Assembly: GCF_002113885.1 (NCBI RefSeq)
Contig: NW_018404455.1
Span: 807,309-855,525 of the forward strand
Direction of reading: 5' to 3'
Length of the DNA stretch: 48,217 nucleotides
DNA from: Mizuhopecten yessoensis
Taxonomy: Eukaryota
Shown here: piece after piece, positions 9,834 to 20,247 of the stretch
Numbering within the stretch: position 1 is the first letter of the stretch
Layout of the letters: each line of letters starts with the position of its first letter
Notes under the pieces: generated by a model
Database searches by the model: none
Told to the model about the DNA's origin: nothing
The model's input: the letters and a program-made list of their open reading frames with translations, nothing else
Position numbers and translations under genes: made by a program

Positions 9834-12800
9834 GTAAGTTTGAATCACTTTCCTAACATTTATATTCATTTAATTACATATATATGTACGATATTAATAG
9901 CTTAATCAAATGTCTAACCGATTTTTCACTTAAACGTTACATTAGTATTATATATATTATAGATCTGTTTTACTGACATTTTCATTCCTGTATAATTTTC
10001 ATTTCGTCAAAAAAAAAATTAGATGACAGATTGTTGAAATATTGACATATTTGAACAAACCCTGATCTGAATCATTGAATTAATTTTTGAAATATATGCA
10101 AAATGACAGATTCAAAGAAAAGTATACTAAACATGTGTGAAATTCAAATGCCTTGCTATTCTTTGAACTAAGACTAGTTATTTGCTGTTGATATTTCATT
10201 CTGGTTCATTTTCTAGCGCCGGTGCAAAATTTATCAATTAATCAGAAGTTGAGTAATACACACTATTCAAAATATTTGACTTTTCATGCTCGTTTGTATG
10301 TTGACTATGTGCTATCGTTTGCTGTTTAATTTACAATTAAAACATACAAAAAAAAACTTGTTCTGTTCAACATGTTAGTTCAATTGGATGAACCATGTAT
10401 GCTGATATAATAAACAACACATACATAAAGGGTGGCATATCTACTAATTTAAAGATAAAATATGTTTACAATTGTCAAAAACATATAACGCTAGAACAGT
10501 TCTGGTGTGGATAATCAAACATAAACCCTTAAACATCACGATCCTTAAACAACACGAGCCTTAAACATCACGATCCTTAAACATCACGAGCCTTAAACAT
10601 CACGATCCTTAAACATCACGATCCTTAAACATCACGATAGGCTGTACGACTAATCCTGTCAACATACTTATCTAAACCCTTAAACATCACAATAGGCTGT
10701 ACGACTATTCCTGTCAACATACTTATCTAAACCCTTAAACATCACGATCCTTAAACATCACGATAGGCTGTACGACTAATCCTGTCAACATACTTATCTA
10801 AACCCTTAAACATCACGATCCTTAAACATCACGATAGGCTGTACGACTATTCCTGTCAACATACTTATCTAAACCCTTAAACATCACGATCCTTAAACAT
10901 CACGATAGGCTGTACGACTAATCCTGTCAACATACTTATCTAAACCCTTAAACATCACGATCCTTAAACATCACGATAGGCTGTACGACTAATCCTGTCA
11001 ACATACTTATCTAAACCCTTAAACATCACGATCCTTAAACATCACGATAGGCTGTACGACTAATCCTGTCAACATACTTATCTAAACCCTTAAACATCAC
11101 GATCCTTAAACATCACGATAGGCTGTACGACTAATCCTGTCAACATACTTATCTAAACCCTTAAACATCACGATCCTTAAACATCACGATAGGCTGTACG
11201 ACTAATCCTGTCAACATACTTATCTAAACCCTTAAACATCACGATCCTAAAACATCACGATAGGCTGTACGACTAATCCTGTCAACATACTTTTCTAAAC
11301 CCTTAAACATCACGATCCTTAAACATCACGATAGGCTGTACGACTAATCCTGTCAACATACTTATCTAAACCCTTAAACATCACGATCCTTAAACATCAC
11401 AATAGGCTGTACGACTAATCCTGTCAACATACTTATCTAAACCCTAAACATCTCGATCCTAAAACATCACGATAGGCTGTACGACTAATCCTGTCAACAT
11501 ACTTTTCTAAACCCTTAAACATCACAATAGGCTGTACGACTAATCCTGTCAACATACTTATCTAAACCCTAAACATCTCGATCCTAAAACATCACGATAG
11601 GTTGCACGACTAATCTTGTCACCATACATGTACTTATTTAACCCCTTAAACATCACGATAGGCTGGAGGCTAATCCTGTGAACATACTTATCATCTATAG
11701 AGTTTTGTCTTATACAGATGGGCGTTGCCGAATCAAACGTTCATTCATTGATGGGTAAGTATAGCTTTGTATTTAGTTCAATGGCATAGTTATTTTCAAC
11801 ATCTTTGATATTTTAAAGAATGAAACATTGTTCCGTGTAAGATTCTCTTACTACTTTTTAATTTTAACTAATATATTAATGACTTAATTAAAGTGCCATC
11901 AATTTTACTGTAAATCATTGAGTTAAACAAGAACATATTTCATATTGATCTTTAAAAGGATCGAACGGAAATTCAAGTATACAGGCAAAATTCAGTGATT
12001 GTTTCGCAATTTATTTAAATATATTGTTGATATCATTGATAACTTACTGTTTTATAAAGGTAATGATGGGTTTTTCCAAGATTTCTTGTATACTTATTGG
12101 ACTTTGTGATTGATCGAGGTAAACAAATATTCTTGTTTTCCTTACACACGGCCGGTAACTATTTATAATTTCATAAGTCTCAAGAAATATTTGGGTCAGG
12201 ATTTTTATGCTTAACAGAAAAGTCATAAATCTGATACAATGATTGGAAAATGCATGCGATATGCTAGATAGCCTGTTACAGACATGGTCACAATGGCCAA
12301 CACAATGATATCATGTAAGGCCACACCAAAAAAGTACAAGAGATGAAATGAGAGGAAACGCGTCATCTCATTTAAAGTTTGATTCCTCTGTCATATCTTC
12401 ATTCTATAAAGGAAACAAAATACTGCTCTGGTTTAAGTTTGTGTTAAATTTACGTCTTTGTTGATGATGAGAACATTTTAGTTGGGATTTATATTGACAA
12501 AAGATGCTGCCTGAAAACTGTTAAAAAACTTAATAATCACAAGAAAGATAAAAATTGTTCATCAAACTTCTATTTCAATATCAGAGATTGGCAACTATAC
12601 TCAAATGATCAAATTCTTAATCTCAATTTGTATTAGTCTTAATTTGTAAAAGTGGTCTCAAGATGTAAGATGTATCACCATTTCAATGATATTCCCAAGT
12701 AAAAGTACCTGCTGACTGTTGTAAAAAAATAATTTAATGGACAAGCAAACTTGAAATTTGGTTTTCAAAAATGTGTGATTATAGCTCTGTTTCTTAATAA

Positions 12801-15800
12801 ATCTTGTTTTTATCAAATAGGTCTATTCCTATACTTTTTTTTCCCCGCCATTATTCCTATTTAGATATGAATGCTATGGGAATTTACCAGACAGAATTAC
12901 AGACATCAACATACATGATAGTACATATATGTATATCCTCTTTGTAATGTGTATTTTCAGCGAACAGCAGGAATCGCAGATCTGACGAAAGTGATTCAGG
13001 CAGCTCCTCGGGTAGAGTATTATTTTTTATTATTTTATATATATTATAAGTCATAAATAACTTGTTACGTTTGCTTTATTAACGTTAGTGAGAAGGCAAG
13101 CAAACATTCGCATTTACCAACAAATTGCATACTAACAATAAATTCCAGATAGGAATTTGAATTGGAATCACCAAGGAAATTTTAAATTATTAGGTATCTC
13201 TTATAACTTTCAATTGGAAAATATTTTGGAAGATAATTTCAGACAAAAGTTAGTCACTGTCAAAAAGCTACTAAATGATTGGTCATTTAGAAACCTTACA
13301 TATATTGGCAAAGTAACTGTTATAAAAACTTTAGCTCTGCCCATTTTTATTCAAACATTTACTGTCTTACCAGACCCACCCTTAGAAATGGTCAAAGAGC
13401 TACAGAAATATTTCTTTGAATTTTTATGGAACGAAAAGGTAGACAAAGTAAAACGTACAGTTATGTATGGGGATTATAATGAGGGAGGTTTACGTGTACC
13501 ACACATTATATCTTTTTGTCATGCCTTAAAAATGTGCTGGATTAAAAAAATATTGGATCCATTAAATACTTCACCTTGGAAGACACTGATATTAGATAAA
13601 ATTGAACCATATGGGGGAGATAAAGTTTTTAAAATGAAAAAAGAAGGGCTTTTAAAAATTTCCAAATTCTTAAATATCTTTTGGAGAGAAATATTCACTA
13701 TATGGGCAGAGTTAACTGGTGATGAACTCCCCACAACCCCAGACACTGTTGCTTCTGAGCCGATCTGGTATAATAACTTCATTAAAATTGATAATAAGAT
13801 TTTTATTTATAAACATTGGTGTGAAAAGGACATTTTTTTTATTGGGGATCTTGTTGAAAACAATAGTTTTTTAACACATGAATACTTTTGTGAGAAATTC
13901 AATTTGGCTGTTAATTTCATTGAATTTTTGGGAATTTTAAATGCAATACCAAGGTCATGGAAACTAATTTTATTTCAAAGAAATGAACCAATTGAGGCAA
14001 AACAAAGTAAATTTATTCAGTATTTGAAGAAACATGAAAAGGTTACAAACTATTTTTATAAATTTATGCTGAAATCAGTCACAGAAATACCAAAGAAAAG
14101 TCAAGATGCATGGCAGGAAATTTTACATGTAAACATTCCCAAAGAATCCTGGTGTAAGTTTTATTCAATTCCGAGATATATTACAGATGACACTAAACTT
14201 CAGAATTTTCAGTTCAAACTCTTTCATAGAATTCTATATACTAATACCAAATTAATGCAATGTAAATTGAGTGAAACAGAAAGATGCACATTCTGTGGTG
14301 TGGGAAGAGAAACATTAATACATTTATTATGGGAATGTTGTCATGTACAATCTCNTATGTTTAATGTTAAAAAATAAAACAAGTGTTATCTTTGTTAAGC
14401 ATTCTAATTCAACAAACAAAACTTGAATTGTTTGGGTTTTTTTGTAAATAAAATGTGATTATCAATCTTTTTGTTTTTTTGATAAAACTTGTTTTTTTTT
14501 CAAATGTGACTATTTCTATCGTCTTTATCCCGCTATTTTCCTATGTAAATATGATTGTGATGGGAATTTACTAGACAGAGTTACATACATCAACATAAAT
14601 GATGGTATATCCTCTTTGTGATTTGTAAATTCAGAGCAAAGCAGGAAACGCAGATCTGGAGAAAGTGATTCAGGCAGCTCCTCGGGTAAAGTATTATTTT
14701 GTATTATTTTATATATATTATAAGTCATAAATAACTTGTTACATTTGCTTTATTTACGTTAGTGAGAAGGCAAGCAAACATTCGCATTTACCAACAAATT
14801 GCATACTAACAATGAATTCGTTTATTCGGACTTAGTTTTTAAGATTAATATTTCCGTTATATTTTATATTAACCATAAAAAAAGATAGATAAAAAGGCAG
14901 CAAAGTGCATCATTGAGATAATTTGTTTACAGAGTGATTTTATGATATCCAATTTATTGACAATTGTCAATTCATTTTTATCGATAATAGTAATGTGTAA
15001 CAGATGTGATGATGTCTCCTTATATCAACGTATTTGTTATTACATCTGTTGACCCCACCTTTCCTTTAATCCTATTCTTATTCATTATTAAAAGTTGTTT
15101 TTACACAACCAATAAGATTTTCTATGTGATGTTTGGATGACTAGTACGATATGTACACTGTCACCTTCATCAGACAAATGACCAGTGAAGCGTATGCACA
15201 CAAAGGTGTAAAATGCGTTCGAGTTGTCCACAAACATCGATGTCGATTCGGCTACGCTGTAAGCGTATGTACAATAGTTGTTTTATATGTACCATACTTA
15301 CCAACCTGAAGAAAATGTTTAGAAAAAACTGTTCCTATCCTAATTTCAGAAATTGCGTTACAAATGTAATATCATTATTTTTTTATCATGTTTTTTAACA
15401 CAAAATGAATCGATATTTCTACTGGCTTTATTTTTTGTACTTTGAATATTGTTCTATTTTAATAAATATGTTACAATGTTGTATTTAGAGTCAAACGAAA
15501 TCAGTGAGAGCGTCTCTTCTGAAGGTAATTATACCAGCACCTGTTAAGAGTTACTTTTTGTTCAGTATAAGATTAATCTACTTGTTGGATTTGCTATGTT
15601 TAATGTTAAAAAACAGAACAAGTTTTATCTTTGTTAAGCATTCTACTTCAACAAACAAAACTTATATTGTTTTTTTTTGTAAATAAAATGTGATTATCTA
15701 TCACTTGTTTTACGCCACCTTTTACTTAATCCTATTCTGTTCCAAAGTTCAGAAATGCGTTCGAATGTGATTTTATATTTTTATCGTGTTTTTAAAACAA

Positions 15801-17874
15801 TTCGAATAGATATTTTTACTGGCTTTATTTTTGTACTTTAAATATTGTTCTATTTTAATAAATTCCTTACAATGTTGTATTTAGAGTCAAGCTCAACCAG
15901 TGAGAGCGTCTCNATGAACTTTGAATATTGTTCTATTTTAATAAATATGTTACAATGTTGTATTTAGAGTCAAACGAAATCAGTGAGAGTGTCTCTTCTG
16001 AAGGTAATTACACCAGCACCTGTTAAGAGTTACTTTTTTTTCAGTATAAGATTAATCTACTTGTTGGATTTGCTATGTTTAATGTTAAAAAATAAAACAA
16101 GTGTTATCTTTGTTAAGCATTCTACTTCAACAAACAAAACTTACATTGGTTATTTTTGTAAATAAAATGTGATTATCAATCACTTGTTTTACGCCACCTT
16201 TTACTTAATCCTATTCTGTTCCAAAGTTCAGAAATGCGTTCGAATGTGATTTTATATTTTTATCGTGTTTTTAAAACAATTTGAATAGATATTTCTACTG
16301 GCTTTATTTTTGTACTTTAAATATTGTTCTATTTTAATAAATTCATTACAATGTTGTTTTTAGAGTCAAGCACAACCAGTTAGAGCGTCTCTTCTGAAGG
16401 TAATTATACCAGCACCTGTTAAGAGTTACTTTTTGTTTAGTATAAGATTAATCTACTTTTGGATTTGCTATGTTTAATGTTAAAAAATAAAACAAGTGTT
16501 ATCTTTGTTAAGCATTCTAATTCAACAAACAAAACTTGAATTGTTTGGGTTTTTTTGTAAATAAAATGTGGTTATCAATCTTTTTTTTTTAATAACACTT
16601 GGTTTTTTTCAAATGTGACTATTTCTATCGTCTTTATCCCGCTATTTTCCTATGTAAATATGATTGTGATGGGAATTACTAGACAGAGTTACATACATCA
16701 ACATAAATGATGGTATATCCTCTTTGTGATTTGTAAATTCAGAGCAAAGCAGGAAACGCAGATCTGGAGAAAGTGATTCAGGCAGCTCCTCGGGTAAAGT
16801 ATTATTTTGTATTATTTTATATATATTATAAGTCATACATAACTTGTTACATTTGCTTTATTTACGTTATTGAGAAGGCAATCAAACATTCGCATTTACC
16901 GACAAATTCCATACTAACAATAAAATTCTTTATTTGGACTGAGTTTTCAAGATTAATATATCCGTTATATTTTATCTGTACCATTAAAAAAAGATATATA
17001 AAAGGCAGCAAAGTGCATCAGATTACCTGTGTTCAATATCAGATTAATCTACGTGTTTAATGTTGAAGAATTAAATAAGTGTTAACTATTTTAAGCATTC
17101 TGCTTCAACAAATACAATTTTCAGATGGTGCTTTATTTCTTCATATATCGAGTTGTCATATTACGCAAACGGATTGTTAACTCTGATAGTCGACTATCAG
17201 TCCCCGAGGTTGGCCATAGCCTTGTAGCTGATATTTAGTTTGGCAGGATTTACTTAAAATGCTAGCTTAGTGACAAATGAACGGTTTTTTAAAGATTAAT
17301 CCATAATTGCCGATATGGCTAAATGGTGGAGTAAAAATGCTTCTTTGTTAGACTTTCTGCACTTCCCAGATTCATTTTTTCGTATTCCTTATGGTTATAA
17401 CAGTTAAGAACGTTTTTGAAAGCAAGCAAGCATGATTATATGACAATTTTTTAAACATGATACTGAGGATAACAAAACGATATGATCCAATTGGCTACAG
17501 AAAAAAGCCAGGGTAATTCGCCCATGCTTTTCAAATGTTTGATAATTAACTTAGAAAATACCCAATACAAAAACTCCATTGACGTCGATAAATTCATATT
17601 GGGTAAATTTTAGAAACTTGTAAAGGATGTTATCATTTTAACCTTATTAGTTTGATTTTTATCAATGTTTTTGTTTTACTTTATCCGGATTTACATGCAC
17701 TACACTTCCCCCTTAATTTTGGAATTAATAAAAAAAAATGACGCATGTTATAACATTTACCAGTCAGTTATGTGGACCAGAACATCCATAATTGTTTAAC
17801 TTTGACATTAACTACTTCAATTTATCCAAATCATCCTATTTTTAGATTCAGCAGAAAGCAGGATATTTGGCTGA
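9738..17874 (+). CDS. Multi-exon gene for a secreted Ser/Glu/Asp-rich, furin-site-containing phosphoprotein precursor (whole CDS span)
   Basis: Phase-compatible GT-AG chain: MKGTNLPLAVLLFTTSVLLAKVKSSAIGQRSI|MGVAESNVHSLM|ANSRNRRSDESDSGSSS|EQSRKRRSGESDSGSSS|ESNEISESVSSE|ESSSTSESVS(SE)|...|EQSRKRRSGESDSGSSS|DSAESRIFG*. True module number is uncertain because of the joins at 14355 and 15913. Confidence 0.7.
10523..11691. repeat. Composite minisatellite: 16-bp monomers grading into 71-bp (and 55-bp) units
   Basis: (ccttaaacatcacgat) x~7, then units of 2x16-mer + aggctgtacgactaatcctgtcaacatacttatctaaac. Confidence 0.95.
11718..11754 (+). CDS. Secreted-protein exon 2 (MGVAESNVHSLM+g)
   Basis: ttttgtcttatacag acceptor, G|GTAAGT donor, 37 nt, phase 0 to 1. 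Confidence 0.7.
12961..13011 (+). CDS. 51-nt module exon (ANSRNRRSDESDSGSSS)
   Basis: tattttcag acceptor, G|GTAGAG donor, phase 1-1; all six Ser codons are used. Confidence 0.7.
13146..14354 (+). mobile_element. 5'-truncated L1/Tx1-clade LINE, ORF2 C-terminal part; 3' end lost at the assembly join
   Basis: ~400 uninterrupted codons: KLLGI...W..RNLTYIGKVTVIKTLALP...EGGL...W..K...FQFKLFHRILYTN..L...CTFC...ETLIHLLWEC (zf-RVT). Confidence 0.9.
14635..14685 (+). CDS. 51-nt module exon (EQSRKRRSGESDSGSSS)
   Basis: Paralogue of 12961-13011 with conserved AG/GT and flanking intron. Confidence 0.7.
15489..15524 (+). CDS. 36-nt module exon (ESNEISESVSSE)
   Basis: ttgtatttag acceptor, AAG|GTAATT donor, phase 1-1. 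Confidence 0.7.
15885..15912 (+). CDS. 36-nt module exon (ESSSTSESVS...), cut by the assembly join at 15913
   Basis: Same acceptor context and homologous sequence. Confidence 0.55.
15968..16003 (+). CDS. 36-nt module exon (ESNEISESVSSE), duplicate or allele of 15489-15524
   Basis: One synonymous AGC->AGT difference; splice sites intact. Confidence 0.55.
16364..16399 (+). pseudogene. 36-nt module exon copy with in-frame TAG
   Basis: ESSTTS* : GAG->TAG at 16381-16383; splice sites intact. Confidence 0.5.
16743..16793 (+). CDS. 51-nt module exon (EQSRKRRSGESDSGSSS)
   Basis: Identical to 14635-14685. Confidence 0.6.
17846..17874 (+). CDS. Probable last coding exon (DSAESRIFG*)
   Basis: cctatttttag acceptor, TGA at 17872-17874, donor G|GTAATG at 17892. 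Confidence 0.55.
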
Positions 17875-18554
17875 TTTGAGCAGCGTAATCGGTAATGCTT
17901 ATTTTATCACCAGTATATAAAATAAATTAACTTGATGTTTTTATGATTTCGTAGTTATGCCTGTTTTGGTTTTGGTTTCAATTTGCTTTATTTAGGGTTA
18001 TGCTCGTAACGTTGATTCTGTCTACCAGTATAACCGGTATACAAGTAGAAACTCAAAGTACGTTAGATCAGCCATGTTAGGCGGATGGTAATAACAGTTT
18101 GGATCACTTTGTACTGTGTACAGCTGTTATAAACAAGCAGTCGTAATAACCAGCTACAAAATGAGAATTGATAAAAACAAAATTACCTCATAAAACTCAT
18201 TTTCAGGAGATAAATGATTCTTTCAAATAACAGAAATTTATGTAATTTTTATATGGTCAGTTGTATACTCAAAACTGAAAAAATGAGTGGACAAAATTAC
18301 CTGACCTCAAACTAATATACGTTTTTATACTGTCTGTACAAGTTAGTGCTTCATATTTAATATAGTAAAGGCTACATCAGAATAAAGGCACAAACAAAGA
18401 AATGTCGCGTTAGGTTGACCATGAATCGTCAACCGGTGTTAGGTGACATAAACTGCCGGTGTATCTACAAATAAATGGCTAATTTATCGGGAACGATCAT
18501 ATTAGATCAAATTAAATGTAATATAATTGAAATAAAGACAGAACTTTGAGACTN

Positions 18555-18732
18555 GAGTAACTAGCCGTGCTGCAGTGTTCTGAACCCTCTGCAGACGACT
18601 AGTTAGTTTGTCAGATATACCACAGAGCAGGGCATTACCATAATCCAACCGAGAGGTAACAAGTGAATGCACCAAAATCTTGCATGCATCTGCAGTTAGA
18701 ATCTGCCGAATACAGCCGATGTTCCTGTTCCT
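18555..18732 (-). mobile_element. L2/CR1-group LINE ORF2 fragment
   Basis: NIGCIRQILTADACKILVHSLVTSRLDYGNALLCG...LQRVQNTAARLV. Confidence 0.85.
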
Positions 18733-18870
18733 GTTTAATAATTCCATCATCAATTATAATAGTTTATTTTATTATTCCATCATCAATTATAACAGTTTGT
18801 TTAATAATTCCATCATCAATTATAATAGTTTGTTTCATAATTCCATCATCAATTATAATAGTTTGTTTCA
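18732..18870. repeat. 33-bp tandem repeat x~4
   Basis: tgtttaataattccatcatcaattataatagtt. Confidence 0.9.
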
Positions 18871-19291
18871 CACTGTTTAGGCTTGGTAATTGAAGATACA
18901 CTGTAGCCAACTTTACTATGCTAGCATTTAAATGTACATGTTAGTCATGATTATCAGAAGTCTACTCAGCTGGGTATTAATTATTTGATCTTGAAAGTGA
19001 TTTGAAATACGAAAATGTCCTACGAAATTCATGTATCTTGATTGTGATGGTTAAATAAATAAGAAAGGACAAAAGAGTTTCTCAAAAATGATTTTGTGAA
19101 TGTTCTTTTCCGAAGTCTAATATATGTTTGTTAATGTTAACGTACCGCAGTCTGTCGAAACAACTGCGGTTAAAGTTGAAGTCAAACAGTTTCACAAGTA
19201 TATTAAGTAAATTAGTATGAATAAATCTGAAATTTAAAAAAAAACAAAAAAAACACTAATGTCCAGTATGAGCGAGCAAAGCTAGAGCTAC

Positions 19292-19584
19292 TTATCTCAC
19301 CAGACGCTGGGTTGAAGTCTTGTTTACGTTATCTCACCAGACGCAGGGTTGAAGTCATGTTTACGTTATTTCACCAGACGCATAGTTGAAGTCATGTGTT
19401 CGTAATTCACCAGATACTGGGTTGAAGTCATGTATACGTTATCTCACCAGACGATAGGTTGAAGTCATGTTTACGCTATTTCACCAGACGCTGGGTTGAA
19501 GTCATGTGTACGTTATTTCACCAGACACTGGGTTGAAGTCATGTTTAGATTATCTCACCAGACGCTGGGTTGAAGTCATGTTTA
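19292..19584. repeat. 37-bp tandem repeat x~8
   Basis: ttatctcaccagacgctgggttgaagtcatgtttacg. Confidence 0.95.
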
Positions 19585-19655
19585 TATATACAACATTTGA
19601 TATAGCGCCCTCCCTATCTAGCTAACACAAGCCACTCTAAAGCGCTTTACAGTAC
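19584..19655 (-). mobile_element. L2-type LINE/SINE 3' tail
   Basis: Minus strand reads tgtaaagcgctttagag...gcgctatatcaaat. Confidence 0.55.
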
Positions 19656-19965
19656 ATAGATATACAATGTTATACAGTCAATACAATAAGCATATTTATT
19701 AATCAATACAATATTGAGGAATTCGCAGGAGCTGAGTTATAAACGGAAAGATGATAAATTTTCATTTTGAAAGAAAAATAAGGAATGTCATTTTTATCTT
19801 GCTGATAAGAAAAAAAAGGCAACCTAACATAGAAAAAACGTCTTGCACCAAATTATTTTTGCCATCAAATAAAGCTTCGCTATTGAAAAATTATAAAGAG
19901 CTTAGCATACAAAGCTCGGCTTATGAACATGTTCAGCTGGTATTTTACATCTTTACAGTGGAACG

Positions 19966-20201
19966 NNNNNNNNNNNNNNNNNNNNNNNNNNNNNNNNNNN
20001 NNNNNNNNNNNNNNNNNNNNNNNNNNNNNNNNNNNNNNNNNNNNNNNNNNNNNNNNNNNNNNNNNNNNNNNNNNNNNNNNNNNNNNNNNNNNNNNNNNNN
20101 NNNNNNNNNNNNNNNNNNNNNNNNNNNNNNNNNNNNNNNNNNNNNNNNNNNNNNNNNNNNNNNNNNNNNNNNNNNNNNNNNNNNNNNNNNNNNNNNNNNN
20201 N
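19966..20201. other. Assembly gap (236 N)
   Basis: Run of n. Confidence 1.
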
Positions 20202-20202
20202 N

Positions 20203-20244
<42 letters not shown>
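20202..20244. repeat. (TC)n microsatellite
   Basis: Direct observation; abuts the gap. Confidence 0.98.

Positions 20245-20247
<3 letters not shown>

Larger units (their letters stand above)
14356..17020 (+). repeat. Local tandem segmental duplications carrying the module exons
   Basis: 14356-14910 ~ 16470-17020; 15440-15912 ~ 15919-16392; 12820-13145 is a more diverged copy. Confidence 0.9.

Noticed and set aside
10217-10252. Extra exon after ttcattttctag
   Set aside because: No good donor: one option gives an in-frame TGA, the other has a weak donor and breaks phase with the downstream chain.
10523-11691. CRISPR-like periodicity here and in arrays at 19292, 23012, 30457, 36879 and 45428
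   Set aside because: Units are contiguous with no unique spacers, there are no cas genes, and the context is eukaryotic.
14525-16836. Duplicated minus-strand ORFs (14525, 16642) and plus-strand ORFs (15504, 15983)
   Set aside because: Antisense or intron read-through shadows of the duplicated mini-exons.
19144-19171. Hairpin accgcagt-ctgtcgaaaca-actgcggt
   Set aside because: Isolated 8-bp stem with no supporting ribozyme or Helitron terminal context.
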